Shown here one piece after another: positions 26,745-40,681 of a stretch of 64,000 bases of DNA. Position 1 is the stretch's first letter, and each line of letters opens with the position of its first letter. The position numbers and the translations under genes are program-made. The DNA lies in assembly GCF_030028105.1 (NCBI RefSeq), contig NC_092370.1, positions 130,859,522-130,923,521 of the forward strand, given 5' to 3'. The notes beneath the pieces are model-generated. The model was not told where the DNA came from, ran no database searches, and saw nothing but the letters and a program-made list of their open reading frames with translations. The DNA is from Mobula birostris. Lineage: Eukaryota.

Positions 26745-27300
26745 GTGCAGTGGCAGCACAGTAGCACAATCGCTTTACAGCGCTGTCGATCACTGATTGG
26801 GCTTCGAATCCCACCGCTGTCTATAAGGAGTGCGCACGTTCTTTCTGTGAATGTGAGGGTTCACGCCAGGTGCTCCGGTTTCCTTCCACATTCCAAAGAC
26901 GCACAGCGAGGGTCAGTGAGTTGTCAGCATGCAATGTTGGTGCCGGTAGCACGGCAACACTTGCGGGCTGCCCCCAGCGCAATCATTCAAATATGCTGGT
27001 TGCTGACGCAAAACAACTCATTTCACTGTACATGTGACAAATAAAGCTAATGCAGTATATATTTAACATAGATCAATAGTAGAACCCCCACAGTTTGTTA
27101 TATGGGGGGCGTAACAGTTAGCATAATGCTATCACAGTACCAGTGACCCGGGTTCAATTCCTGCCGCTGTTCTTTATACATACTCCCCATGACTGCATTG
27201 GTTTCCTCTCACATTCCAAGTTAGTAGGCTAATTGGTCACATGGGTAATTGGGCAGCATGGGCTAGCTGGGCCAGAAGGTCCGATTATCTTGCTGTATCT
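26745..27300 (+). mobile_element. Two adjacent SINEs (V-SINE/HE1-like)
   Basis: B-box-like gcttcgaatccc and ggttcaattcc; conserved core ggtgctccggtttccttccacattccaaagac. Confidence 0.65.
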
Positions 27301-28159
27301 CCAAATTAATTACTTAACTAGTTGGATGTAAATGCAGGAGGTGTGACCACTAAATTTCAGAAATTACTAAATATTATATTTACTAAGTTTACCACCAAAT
27401 GCAGAATTTTTTGATTGACAGGGTAGTTATGATTATAATAATTTAGCAAATGGGCAGAGAAATAACAGATGGAATTTAGTCCAAAAAAACTGCAAGGCAA
27501 TGCTGTTTCAGAGGACTAATAAAGTCAGGATACATACAATGAATGTTGGGACCCTAAAATGTAACAAGGAACAAAGGGATTTTGATGTACAAATCCAAGA
27601 ATCCACAGTTAGCAGCAGGCAGATATGGTGTACATCTTCTTGTCCTCATTATCTGACACACAGAATGTAAGCAGAGAAGGATGATCGTAAAAAATTTTTT
27701 ATAAAATATTAGCTAACCCACAGCTGAATACACGTGCAATTCTCATCACCACACTTTGGGAAAGATGCAATTACACCAGATCACCAGAATGTTGTTATGG
27801 GCTATGAGGAGACATCGGATAAACTAGGCTCGTTTTCTTTGAACAGCAACGCCTGAAGGAGATCCAAATTGAACTATGCAAAACTATGAGAAGCATAAAT
27901 TGGGTATATTATGGAAAATGTTTCCCTTTGGCAGAGATACCAATCACAGAAAAGGATATATTTAAGAAAGGAGTTACAAGATTTGGAGGAGAATCAAGGT
28001 GGGATATTTTTCAATCACTAATGGTTATAATTTGTACACAAGAGATTCTGCAGATACCAGAGACCCGGAGCAACACACACAAAATGCTAGGGATTAGGAA
28101 CAGGCATCATGAGTCGAAGTACAGTACATATTTCAGTGTGGTATTACTCTATAGCTCAC

Positions 28160-28760
28160 ATCATTATCAAAGCCTCATGCCACTAAGGCACCCCGGTGAA
28201 GAGTCCGCAACTCCCAGCCCCGCAGAAGCTTCTGAACTGACACAAACCGCAGAACCATCTCAGCCCACCCCTACTTTAAGAAATGTTTTCCTCACCAAGC
28301 TACTGCCAGGGATTATTTCCACACCAAAACGATCTAATCCCCGCAACCTCACATGAGGCCGACGACCAGTCTCCGAATAGGCTCCCGGGGACAGGCGCGT
28401 AACTTCCGGGCGGTCGTCAGCAAAACGGCCGGTGATTGGCCCCACGCGCCGACAAATGAGGAACTTGGACACGAAATTCGAACGCGGAGGCTGCGGTTGG
28501 TGGCGGGACGTCAATGGGTGGCTGGAGGTTTGCAGCCAAAGCCGCCTCGGTTTAGCGAGTGGTCGTTCCGGGGGAGCGTCGTCTGTCGAAGTTCGACGAG
28601 GTCATTTCACTTCGCTATTTATTGTGTGTGAGTATCTTTGGCTTTTAATGACTTGGTGAACCCGAGCACCGGGTCCTTTTTCTGCGGTCGGCGACTTCTA
28701 CCTATGGAATTTGTTACCACAGACGGCAGTGGAGACCGAGTCACTGAGCGTATTTAAAGA
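28160..28760 (-). promoter_or_regulatory. POLR2K: CpG island, promoter and probable non-coding exon 1 of POLR2K
   Basis: Strong CpG enrichment about 4.3 kb upstream of the first coding exon. ETS motif acttccgg (~28402), CCAAT box (gattgg ~28434), CRE-like gacgtca (~28507), candidate minus-strand donor cat|GTGAGG at 28352. Confidence 0.75.
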
Positions 28761-29008
28761 GGTTCTTGATCAGAAGGACGTCAAACGTTGTGGGAAGAAG
28801 GCAGGACAATGGGTTTGAGAGGGATAATAAATCAGCTGTGACTGAATAGTTGAACAGACTCGATGGGCCGAATGGCCTGAGTCTGCTCCATTGTCTTAAT
28901 TATTGTATTAAGTAGGATGAAAGAGCTGCCTATTGGTTTCTTTTTTCACGTATGTACGACTTGATTCGCAGTTTTGGTGAAACCCGACTGTCTTCTTGTT
29001 GAATCACG

Positions 29009-29140
29009 AACACGAGAAAATCCGCAGATGCTGGAAATCAAAGTACTAATACAAGGTTTCGGTCCGAAACGTCGACTGTTTAACCCTTTTCCATAGATGC
29101 TGCCTGGCTTGCTGAGTTCCTCCAGCATTTTGTGTGTTAC
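29009..29140 (+). mobile_element. Penelope-like tail with the 3' half of the hammerhead motif and an inverted remnant
   Basis: aggtttcggtccGAAAcgtcgactg...gctgagttcctccagcattttgtgtgtt, preceded by a minus-strand piece of the same family terminus (gcagatgctggaaatc). Confidence 0.7.
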
Positions 29141-29216
29141 ATTGTGTTGTGGTTTGAATTTTTGTGTCTGTGGCAAAGGAAAAGTGATAATTCGGAGCAC
29201 TAGTTCTGTTCTGCAA

Positions 29217-29502
29217 TATAGGCACCCGTTAGTCTCATGAGACCATGGATTTGCACCTTGGAAGGTTTCCAGGGTGCAGGCCTGGGCAAGGTTGTATGGA
29301 AGACTAGCAGTTGCCCATGCTGCAAGTCTCCCCTCTCCACGCCACTGATGATGTCCTAAGGGCATTAGGACCCATACAGCTTGGTGTCGTCGCAGAGCAA
29401 TGTGTCGTAAAGTGCCTTGCTCAAGGACACAACACACTGCCTCAGACAAGGCTCGAACTAGCGACCTTCAAATCCTTAACCACTTGGCCACGCGCCAACA
29501 CT
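29217..29502 (-). mobile_element. tRNA-derived SINE
   Basis: Minus strand begins with A-box tggccaagtgg and B-box agttcgagcc, then gtgtccttgagcaaggcactt. Confidence 0.7.
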
Positions 29503-31299
29503 CTGAATGTACAATGCAACTCTGATATTTGCCTTCTCCAGATAGTCATGAAATACAGAAAGAACATAATCAATTCCCTCTGCACAAAAAAGAAAAACAA
29601 ATAAAACTCTCAGACCCCAAAAGCTCCCTCACCATAGAAAAACAGTGTCAATAACAATTCCTGGCTCCCTCACTCTCAAAATAAGAACAGCAACAGTAGC
29701 ATCAAAAATTTGCAAACCACCCCCCCCCCCCAAAATCACCCAGCTGTCAATTGGCCACAAGAAAGAAAACACCAAAAAACTGAAGGAGACCAATATAAAG
29801 TACAGTCCACATAAATCTCATAACATTGAACAGTCCTTCTGTGACTCGGAGCTTGCACCTGGTCCTAACCTGTGGCACTGAAGCAAAATCCTTGCCTAAT
29901 CACCTGGTCTTGATCAGATTAACCATCTGGGAGGGGAGAGTGGAGAAATTGTGTCTCTTTTCCTTGGAGTAGAGGAGATTAGGATGGGAAATGTTTGAAG
30001 CATAAACGTGAGATAGGATAGACTAAAGGAAGACTCCTCTCTCCACCCCTCTAATCCCAGATGGATAAAACAAGAGGGCATGTCTTAATGTAAGGGGAAT
30101 TCATTTTTGGAGGAGATAGGAGGGGGAGCTTCATGTAGGTGGTGATTAGTATTTGGAATGCCTGAGAGAATGGTTGAAGCTGGTTTGACCACAGCTCTTA
30201 AGTAGGTCGTGGATGATCTCTTCAAACACTTGGGCATAGAGTATAATGAACCAAGTGCTAGGTGATGGGTGTCCATAGGTTGACATGATAATTTGTGCCA
30301 AATGACATGTTTCTATGCTGTATTATTGAGTAGGGAAAATAGATCAAGGCATGTGAAAGAAGATGGGTTAAATTCCAATCCTCTGATGTAAGGAGCATCA
30401 CCCATAGAAATATGATATTATTCTAATCATGAATGTTCCAGCTACTTTGGAAACTCCAAAAATCCAAGGTAGCCTTGTGTTGGGCATGATTTGTGGATGC
30501 TGGAGAGGTAAGAAGAGGGGCATTGCAGTATTGATTAGAGAACATGTCTGACCAGGTTCCTCTAATAAGACCATATTGGTAGAAGTTAGAAGTAAGGAAA
30601 GGGCAATCACTTGGAGCCTTGTAGTATAACCCCAATAACAGTCAGTGGGAGACAAACTGCAGGAAGGCAGAAGAACAATTGAGTTATAATCCAGTTTATT
30701 CTGTGCACAAGTACAGTGAGGTACAGGTACAATGAAAAACTTGTAGCAGCATCCCTAGTGCAAAGATTTTCTGACAACACACAAAACATTGTTACAAGAC
30801 AGTGAAGGAGGAGGATTGGTTACTGCAAATTACAACACATAGCTGTGGGGAATTTTAACTTCTCCAGTATTGACTGGTGGTCTCCTATTGTGAGGGGCCT
30901 AGATGGTTCTAAATATGTACAGTATTTTGAAGCCAATGCCAAAGTGATCATTCCAGAGAAAGAACTGCCCTACACCTAATCTTGAAAAGTGAAACTGGGC
31001 AAGTGTCAGTGAAGAAGTGTTTTTGGGAATAATTATGTAAATTTCAAAGTAGTTCAGGTGAAAGGTGAGGATGATCTTCAAGTAGGGGTCCTAAACAAGT
31101 TTAGGAAGAGCCAGTTGATTAAGAACAGCAATTTGTGGGTAAAGCAACATCCAGCACCCTTTTCAAAAGGGAGATGGTGAGAGTTCAGGGCCAACATGTT
31201 CCCATGAGATTGAAAGATAAGGATGGCATGATTGGGAACCTTGGATAATGAGCAATGTTGAAGGGGTGGGGTGGAATAGAAGTATATGAAAGGTATGGA

Positions 31300-31860
31300 T
31301 TAAAGTTCAGAGTTACCATATACTATTTTGAGATTTGTTTTCTTGCAATATTTAGCATTTACAGGAAAAAAGAATTGCAATAATATTTTATGAAAGTCTA
31401 TACATAACAGATAAAGATTGACAAACAACCAATGTGCAAAAGACAAACTGATAATAAAATTAATACTATGAAGGTAAGTTGTAGAATGTTCTTGAAAGTG
31501 AGTCTGTAGGTTGTGGAATCAGTTCACAGTAGTGGTGAAGAAAGTTATCCACACTTGTTCAGGAGCCTGATGGTTGTAGGGTAACAACTTTTCCTGAATC
31601 TGGTGGTGTGGGACCTAAGGCTCCTTTTCTTCCTTCCTGAAAGCAGCAGTGAGAAAAGAGCATGGCCGTGATGCGTTCTGTGACAGGGCTCCATGCCAAT
31701 GTGCTCAATGGTGGGAAGTGTTTTTCCTGTGATGGACAGTGCTGTGACCACCACTTCCAGTAGACTATTCCATCTCTTGGCATTGGTGTTCCCATACCAG
31801 GCATGATGCAGCCAGTCAGGATACTCTCTACAGTGCATCTATGTGTCAGTGTTTGGTAAC
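31300..31860 (-). mobile_element. Rex/Babar-like LINE 3' end
   Basis: Peptides CTVESILTGCI and HALFSLLLSGRKKRSLRSHTTRFRKSCYPTTIRLLN. Related copies at about 50030-50520 and 57340-57845. Confidence 0.7.
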
Positions 31861-32398
31861 GCAAGGCATAGGCGACTGAAAGAAGTGTACCTTTTGGAAT
31901 ATGGAGTGTAGAACATGGAACAGCGAGGGCCCTGCAGCCTCCAATATTGTGATGACCAATAAACTACATGATTGGTCTAATCTTTCCCTCCTACACAGTC
32001 CACTTCTCTTAAATCCATGAGCTTATCCAACAGTCTTCAAAATATCACTGCTGCCTCAGCCTCTGCCACCACCACTGGCCGTGTTCCAGGCTGCACCTGA
32101 GAACCTGTTTCCAATTTATGCTCCCCATTTCCTGCCTAATACCATTATAATTAACCCTTCCCCAATCAAATCTCACCAACTTTCTAATTTATCTGCTGCT
32201 ATCCTTGACCATAGCTATCCAAAAGATCATGGAGTTATGATCATTATCCCCAAAATGCTGGCCCACAGAGGTCTGTCGCCTGACTAGGTTCATTGCCTCA
32301 TGTTAGATGCAGTATGGCCTCTTCACTAGTCGGCCTGTCTACATACTGTGTCAGGAATCTTTCCTGTATGCATTAAATGAACTCTGTTCTATCTAAAC

Positions 32399-32479
32399 CA
32401 GGGGTTCCTAACCTGGGGTCCACTGACTCCTCAGTTAATGGTAGGGGTCCACAGTATAAAAATGGTTAGGAACCCCTTA
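32399..32479. mobile_element. Tiny hAT-type MITE with 8-bp target-site duplication
   Basis: TIRs caggggttcctaacc / ggttaggaacccctt flanked by atctaaac at 32391-32398 and 32480-32487. A partial sister copy lies at 23558-23622. Confidence 0.85.
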
Positions 32480-33989
32480 ATCTAAACCTTCAGTACCAAG
32501 GAGATGCCAATCAATATTGGGGAAGTTGAAGTGACCTGTGACAATACTTAATTTTACACTTTTCCAAAACAAAATCTGCCTACTAATCTGCTCCTCAGTG
32601 TTTCTGTTGCTATTGTGGGTGGGGGTGGGTCTATCGATTACTCCTAATCAAGTTATTGCTCCCTTCCTGTTTCTGACTTCCACCCACACTGACTCAGTAG
32701 AAAATCCTTCCACAATATCCTCCCTTTCTGCATCTGTGATACTATCACTGAATAACAATGTCATCCCTCCCCATCCTTTACCTTCCCTGTCTCTTTTGAA
32801 ACACCTAACTCCAGAATATCATGCAGCAAATCCTGCCCTTGTGACAGGCAAGTGTCTGTTATGGCTCTGTAGGAGAGTGTTTAATAAGGAAATTGGGAGG
32901 ATTAAAAAGGCCCCATGAAGCAGTTTTGTGTGCCAGTGATTCAGATTTATTTCACACATGTACATGGAAACATAGATGAAGTACATCATTCGTGTTAACA
33001 ACCAACACCCAAAAATGTGCTGGGCCAGCCCACAAATGTTGCCTCACACGCTGCTGCTAACATAGCATGCCTACAAGCAACAAAACAATCCCCTTCCCTC
33101 CCTCCCCACCCACACATGGACTGGCTTTTAGCCCTCCAGTCTCTGGCCATCTGGCTTCAACTTCCAGGTTTCTGATCAATCTTTGGGCTTCGATCTTTGG
33201 CTGTTGACAGGACCTGAACTTGGGGCTTATGGACTCACTGGTCCTCATGCCTCGGATCCCAGTACTCTCAGACCTGGGATGCCCCAGGAGCCACAGATGT
33301 CCTTTGATGCATGTCCACATTGCTGGCCTTTGAGTGTGGAGCATAGACCTAAACTGTGGATGTCTTTTCCCATGTCCACATCACTGATAAATCCAAGTAC
33401 ATTAGGAGAAAGGGGAACCAAGAAATGAACAAGTACCTCTTAATCCCCCAAAGGGGAATCAGTGATGGTGGGGTATGTATTTATGTGACCTTCTGATCTA
33501 TATTTATTGAGGAAAACAACATGGTAGAGTAAGGGTGGCTGAGTAGAGATGTGATAGAATTATACTAAATTGATTAACATTGACAGGAGGAAATGTTTCC
33601 CCTATGACTATCAAAAACCAGCAAGCGTGGATGGAGGATGAACTTTTTTCCATAATGTTTGGAATCTGGAACGTTATGGCCTGATGGCTGGTGGAAATGT
33701 CTACCTGTTCATTTAATAATGATCACGTGAATTGCCAAGGCATAGAAACCTACAATTTAAGAACTGGTAAATGGGACTGGTGCAGATGGGTACTTGGTGA
33801 TCAGAATTCTAAAAGCCAACTTGCCGTTTGCCTTCCTAATTGCTCACTATTCCTACACATTAGCTTTCAGTAACTTGTGTACTACAGTCAGCTCTCTTCA
33901 TGCATCCACATTTCTTGTTCTTTCACCATTTACAAAAACAGACAAAGCAGTGGTACCTCATTTCTTAATTTTGTTCTCCATCTATAAGG

Positions 33990-35415
33990 CATAGGTGCAG
34001 TTTTAGGCCACTTGGCTCATTGATTCTGCCTTCTCCCCACAATTTTTGATGCCCTTACTATTCAAGAACCTTTTATCCTCTGCTTTAAATATACCCAATG
34101 ACTTCAGCTCCACAGTTGAGCATGGCAATGAATTCCACAATTCACCAGCCAATGGCTAAAGAAATTTCTCCTCATCTCTGCTCTAAAGGGACATGCTTGT
34201 ATTCTGAGTCTGTGCCCTCTGATCTTGGACTCTTCCCCTGTAGGAAACCTCTTTTCCACGTCCACTTTATCTAGGCCTTTGAATACTTGATCTGTTTTAA
34301 TAAGATTCCTTCTTTCCTCCCCCCCCCCCCCACAAACTCCAGTGAGTACAGGCCCCCAAGCCTTCAAACAGTCCTCGTTCCCAGGGTCATTCATGTGACC
34401 TCCTCTGCACTTCCTCTAATGTCAACACATTCTTTGTTAGACAAGGGACCCAAAATTGCTCACTATACTCCAAATATGGTCTGACCAATGCCTTATAAAG
34501 TCTCTGCATTAAATCCTTTTATACTGTGTACTTGCTGCCCATTATGCCACTGGTGTTGAGGGCAGCAATGAAGGTCCTTCATCTCTGGCAATATTCAGGG
34601 CTTGCTTCATCATGTCAGTAGCTTTCTCTCGGTTTTCACTACTGGCAGTCATGCATGTCCCGGGTGGAGACTCAGGAATACCATTGCACTCAGATGGAAA
34701 AGGATTCTTCATTGCTGTTTGCATACCAATTTTATTTTACCAATCAGAGTTGTTAGCCTTGAGCTGAACCCTTAAACCTGGAGGACCCGTGGGCCACTCT
34801 TAGTCTGGCCTCTACTCTTTGACCTGTTTGGCATGAGTGACCCTACCAAGAGCCAAAGCACAAAGCCCTAACTCCAGCCAAGTCTCTAAACCCAATGACA
34901 GGGTTAAGGTCCTCTTGAAATGAATGCTAGCATTGTATTTGCCTTCCTTATACAGACTCAACCTGCAAGTTAACCTTTAGGGAATCCTGCACTAGGACTC
35001 CCAAGTCCCTTTGGACTTCTGATTTCTGAATTTGTTCCCTCTTTAAAAACACCTTTTTTTTTCTGACAAAGTGCATGACATGTATGACTATACATGTCCC
35101 TACACTGTAATCCAACTGCCACTTTGTTCATTCTCCTAATCTGTCCAAGCCTTTCCTCAACATTCCCTGGGTGCCCACCTATCTTTGTATTGTTTCCAAA
35201 TTCACCCCCCCCCACCCAGCCATCAATTCCATCATCCAGATCATTACATATAATGTGAAAAGAAGTGGTTCCAATACCAAAACCACTAGTTACCAGCAGC
35301 CAGCTAAGAAAGGTCCCCTTTGTTCCCACGCTGCCTCCTGCCAGTCAGTCAAATATCAATGCTAGTATCTTTCCTGTCATATCCTGGGCTGTTGGCTTAT
35401 CTTATTTAGCAGTCT
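33990..35415 (-). mobile_element. CR1 LINE ORF2 fragments, interrupted at about 34530-34910 by another repeat
   Basis: Peptides RGHRLRIQACPFRAEMRRNFFS and ICNDLDDGIDG; colinear with the CR1 at 4783-7190. Confidence 0.75.
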
Positions 35416-35479
35416 CATGTTATTGCCCACCCCCTCTGCTCGTCCTCTTTATTTCCTTGTCACTACCCGGATTCTCGAC

Positions 35480-36600
35480 TACTTTGTCATCGGAAATGTT
35501 ATATATGATCCCTGCTGCCAAATCATCCACACATTGAATAGTTGGCTCCAGGTACTGAACGCTGCGGTACTCCGTCAGTAGAAGTACCCGTTTGTCTTTC
35601 TGCCGGCATTTGTAGTTCTTATTTTTTTAAAAAGGAGCGTTGTTTCAGAGTACAGTACCTACTTGAGGTAAAGGGCGGAGTTTGGAAGCGATTACTTGGG
35701 TTTTTGTATGCTACAAACGGACAGTTTTTAATCGTTTTGTACGGAGTAATTGTTCACGTGACGAAATGGGCATTTTTTTTAATGAACTACTAATCTCTAT
35801 ATGGTTTAAAGAGCAGGGTGTTTGTTGACAGTTGCTTTTTTGTTTGGCGGTCATTTAAACCTCGTTTAGCGGGCAAATGCAAACAGCTGGCTTGCGTTGG
35901 AGTGGCGCAAAATTCAAATCCAAACGAGGGAACCTGCGGAAAAAAGCTTCGCGTGGAGGCAGCATCTGGTTCCCAAGACGATGGGCGGGGAGTGGAGCGG
36001 CCGAGCGCGTTCTCGGCTCGTTACCATCACAAATTGCTCATTTCCAGCACCAGTTGCCCCTCTAGCCTTGCTCGAGGCTCCCGGTGTTACAAATCAACGC
36101 AGTGTTCGTCACCGGTTACAATTAACCGTGTCACTCCACACCAGAGCTCACGGTGTGCTAGCTGCGCAAAGCGGTGATCGGAGCGATTCGTTCTGAAAGG
36201 TGACTTTCCTTTGGAATTTGTCATTTTAAAAAAATCAGTTACACTTGGGTTCAATTTGTGCCAGCGTGTTTTCGGTTTATTTTCCCTACTGTAGTGCCCA
36301 CTTCAATGTCTTCATCCTATCTTAAAAGGGTATTGTACTCCAATCGGGAAAACGGTGGTAATATTCTATACTGGCGAACTTTCGCAAAAGTAATCGTTTA
36401 AATTTTCTAGAAATCAACCTACTGCTGCATTCCAGGATGCTGGAATACGTGTTACGGGACGCACTGAAGCTCTGTTTAGCCACTTCAAGGGCTCGTTAAG
36501 AGTCGAACCCTACACTGTGCTCCTTCCGCTACTGCAGAGGCCGAGGTGGGGTGAGGAACCCCTCAATTATTGTAGAAATGTACCCACCCCAGGGGGCCAC
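35480..36600 (+). promoter_or_regulatory. FBXO43: CpG island, promoter and probable non-coding exon 1 of FBXO43
   Basis: CpG-rich region about 4.4 kb upstream of the main exon. CDE/CHR-like ggcggtcaTTTAAA (35846-35859), reverse CHR TTCAAA (35913-35918), candidate donor aag|GTGACT at 36200. Confidence 0.7.
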
Positions 36601-38086
36601 ATGAGTAGCAACAGTCCTATTCGTTTCAAGGAATGTAATATAACACAACTTGGAGCAGTGACTGTGAATGTAAGAATGGAAAGGAAATGGACAGTATTAT
36701 TGTAAATATTTTTAATTATGAATTTTTTAAAGCCCATTAGTATCCCCTTTACCCCCGCTCAGTTTCAATGTTTCCGTGTTGGGATAAATTCAAAGTTTGC
36801 CGCATTTGACTTACTCCTGCGCAATTTTACATGTTATTATTTAATTATTTATGGTTCTATATTGCTATATTTATACTCTATTCTTGATTGGGGCAACTGT
36901 AACGAAAATCAAGTTCCCTCGGGATCAATAAAGTATGACTATGAATTAAGTTTAATGTTAGCAGATTATTCCTCTGACCTCCAGTTGTCAATATAGACTA
37001 GGGAAAGCTGTTCTCCCCATCTGCCCTGCATAGCTGATCGTGAACTATCTTTACAGTACTATCAGGAGTTAGTAACTAAAAGTCTCTTAGGCAATTTGTG
37101 CAAATAGTATAGCATGTTTTGGAGATGGGCCTATGATTATTCTGCATGTTTCAGAGAGAAGGCTGAATGGTTCAAGAGTAACTTTCCAAAGAGGAAAGAA
37201 ATTGAAGAGTAGGTGCATGTTGTAAGATCAGTGGATGTAGGATGGACAAAAGCTGGATTGCTGTTTGCTTGTGTTTTGAAAATTAATGCCATATCTCAAA
37301 TATAACATCAGCATGCGGTTGAAATTGGGCAATGAGTGTTAACTTGATGTAAGTGGTGGACTCTTCCCCTTGATTAACACGAGTGATGTAATTTACACAA
37401 ACTAGCATCAGTTCACTGGGAACTTTTTATTGCATTATGCTCATTCAATTCTTGCTTTCCAATCGAGGAGTCATCATACTTTTAATCATCAATGAAAACT
37501 TGTACTATATCTCAGTAGCTTGAAACTAGATCTTGATATTAGTAAATGTATAGCATCTACTGTTGATTCAAGGTGGATTTTATTTTCCCTCACTAGGCTT
37601 TATTTCCTATCTGGTACCCTAATGAGCACAAATTTAGAAGATTTTGTCTTTTGTGGTAACCAGAAGAAAGGAGAGGGCAGTTTTAACTTGTAGCTTGGTA
37701 TATTTGATTAGTTCCAAAAGTAGTCTTGCACATGATTGCATCAGGGCAAGCAAGAATTGACCACTTGGTATGTTTGTGACCATCTCAATTACCTTTGTAC
37801 TTTAGCACTTCATGCCTGTATATGGACACGTTTGCAATGTTCCCATTCCAGATGGCTAAAGACACCTTTTTTAAGAAGTAAATCTTAATGGTTCAAACTA
37901 TTTAATCTTCATCCTCTTGTCACTGTCAATAATGTAGTTCATGTTCTCTGGAGCCCCTCACCCCATGCAGAAGGATTGAGCCTACAAGTGTTGTTGTGTG
38001 AACCAATAATCTTAAATCAAAGGGCAGTTGAAGCATGTTGCACACAGCAAGTTTTGTAAAGCAATGTCTGAAAGCAGAAACGGTTA

Positions 38087-39742
38087 CAGTGCATATAAAA
38101 GTATTCACCCCACTTGGAAGTTTTCGTGTTCTGTTTTACAATATTGAATCACAGTGGATTTAATATGGCTTTTTGACACTGATCAACAGAAAAGACTCTT
38201 GTGTCAAAGTGAAAACTAATTTCTACAAATTGATCTAAATTTATTACAATTGTTAAACAATAATTCCATGATTTCTCACTCCCTTCAAGTCAGTATTTAT
38301 TAGATGCACCTTTGGCAGTAATGACTGCCTTGAGTCTGTGGATTGGTCTTGATCAGCTTGGCACATCTGGACACTGCAATTTTTGCCCATTCTTCTTTAC
38401 AAAATTGTTCAAGCTCTCTCAGATTGTGTGGGGATTGTATGTGAACAGCCCTCTTCAAGTCCAGCCACAAATTCTCAATTGCATTGAGGTCTGGACTCCA
38501 ACTTGGCCACTCTAGGACATGAGTTTAGTTGTTTTTAAGCCACTTGTATGTAGATTTGGTTTTATACTTGGGGTCATTGTCTTGCTGGAAAACAAATCTT
38601 CTCCCAAGTTGCAATTCTCTTGTAGACTGCATCAGGTTTTTGTCCAGGATTTTCCTGTATTTTGCTGCATTCAGTTTACCCTCTACCCTCACAAGCCTTC
38701 CAGAGTCTGCTGCAGTGAAGCATCCCCATAGCATAATGCAACCACCACCATGCTTCATGGTAGGAGTAGTATGTTTTTGATGTGCAGTGTTTGGCTTACC
38801 CCAAACATAGCATTTAGTCTAATGACGAAAAGCTCAATTTTGTTTTCATTAGACCATAGAACCTTATTCCAGATGATTTCATGTGTGTATTTTTCAACAG
38901 TGGCTTTCTCTTTGCCACTCTTCCATAAGGCTGTGACTGGTCAAGTACCCTGGCAGCAATCTCTCCCCATCTCAGCCACTGAAGCTTGTAACTCCCCCAG
39001 AGTTGTCACACTGGTAAAGCCTCCCCACTGTTGAGTACATCTAAACAAAATGTTGTCACAGGAAAGCAGCATCCATCATCAAGCACCCCTACTGTCCAGG
39101 ATGTGCTCTCTCAGGAGTATGAGAGCCTCAGGACCCACACTGCCAGGTTGAGGATTCTTGGTGGTCTCCCTCACTGGTCCCCTTCATGCACGGTCATTCA
39201 GTTTGAGGGCGGCTTGATCGAGACAGATTTACAGCTGTGCCATATTCTTTTAATTTCTTGATGATTGACTTGGCTGTATTCCAAGGGATATTCAGTGACT
39301 TGGAAATTTTCTTGTACCCCTCCTGATTTAGGCTTTTCAATAACCTATTCACAGCATTGCTTGGAGTGTTCTTTTGTCTTCATGGTGTAGTTTTTGCCAG
39401 GATCCTGACTCGTCTGCACCGTCTAGATACAGATGAGCTTTAACTACAATCAATTGAAACACCTTGACTGCATACAGATCTCAATTTTACTAATTATGTG
39501 ACTTCTAAAACCAGTTGGCTGCACCAGTGATGATCTGTCATATTAAAAGGGGTAAATACCTATGCAAAATACTTTTGTACTTGTAGAGATCACTTTGTAG
39601 AGATCTGTTTTCACTTCGACATGAAAGTCTTTTTCTGATGATCAGTGTCAAAAAAAGCCAAATTAAATAGCCTGTGATTCAATGTTATAAAACAATAAAA
39701 CATGAAAACTTCCAAGGGGGTGAATACTTTTTATAGGCACGG
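38087..39742 (-). mobile_element. Tc1/mariner transposon with both ends and a decayed transposase
   Basis: Long TIRs (cagtgcatataaaagtattcacccc... / ...gggtgaatactttttataggcacgg) flanked by TA. Minus-strand peptide KHGGGCIMLWGCF...FVFQQDNDPK belongs to the Tc1 DDE domain. A small LINE fragment is inserted at about 39020-39150. Confidence 0.92.
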
Positions 39743-40239
39743 TATGTAATTGCTTGGGAAAGGAACTAAATGGCAATAATTCTTTGAGTTCCTTTCAATG
39801 TGTGGTTCAAGGGGGTAGGTTCAAAGGGGATATGAGGACAAACTTTTTTACTCAGTGGTGGACACCTGGAATATGCTGCCTGATATGGTGGTAGAGGGTA
39901 ATCTATCAGTGGCTTTTGGGACATTTAGATAGGCCCATGAATATGAGAAAGATGGAGGAATGTGGACATTGTGTAGGTAGGAGGAATTGGTTTTTGGGGA
40001 TTTCTTGATTTACTTTTTAGCTGTTTCAGCACAACATTGTTGGCTGAAGGGCCTGTTCCTGTGCTGTACTCTTCCATGAAACAGCAAAAATATTTGGAAT
40101 TTTTAAAATTTCTTTATTTTAAAGAACAATTGGTAGAATAAAACCATACAATTTAATAAGGAAATTTATTAAGAGCAACAAAATTGATATCTATCCAATG
40201 TGACCACAGTTATTAACAAAAATTTACATTTTGGATAAA

Positions 40240-40550
40240 GATAGAAAGATTAGCTTTATTTTTCACACGTACGTCAAAGCATACAGTGAAATGCATTGTT
40301 TGAGTCAAATCAGTGAGGATTGTGCTGCGGCTGCCCGCAAGTAACACTGTGCTTCTGATGCCAACTTAGAATGCCCACAACTTAATAATCTGAACATTGG
40401 TCATTTCTTTGGAACGTATGAGGAAACCGGAGGAAGGCCACGCGGTCATGGAATACGTAGAAACGCCTTACAGACGATGACAGGAATCAAACCCTGATTG
40501 GTGATCACTTGCGCCGCAAAGCAATTGCGATAATCTCTACACTGCTGTGC
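40240..40550 (-). mobile_element. SINE (V-SINE/HE1-like)
   Basis: Reverse complement resembles the SINE at 26745-27050 (attagctttatt...ctttggaacgtatgaggaaaccggag). Confidence 0.6.
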
Positions 40551-40681
40551 TGTCAGATCATTGCCGTTCTAATAATGCAAATTCACAAAACTGTAACTTA
40601 TGGCATGAAGCAAACTTTTTTAAAATATGTTTGTTTGTTTCTAGGGGCTGCTGGTGACATCATATAATCTGTTGTGTCAAG

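Noticed and set aside
27886-29449. ORFs of 75-167 aa around the POLR2K CpG island
   Set aside because: They run across CR1, SINE and Penelope fragments or GC-rich promoter DNA, where stop codons are depleted.
29440-29502. tRNA gene suggested by A and B boxes
   Set aside because: The boxes lead directly into a SINE body, and I could not form a complete cloverleaf.
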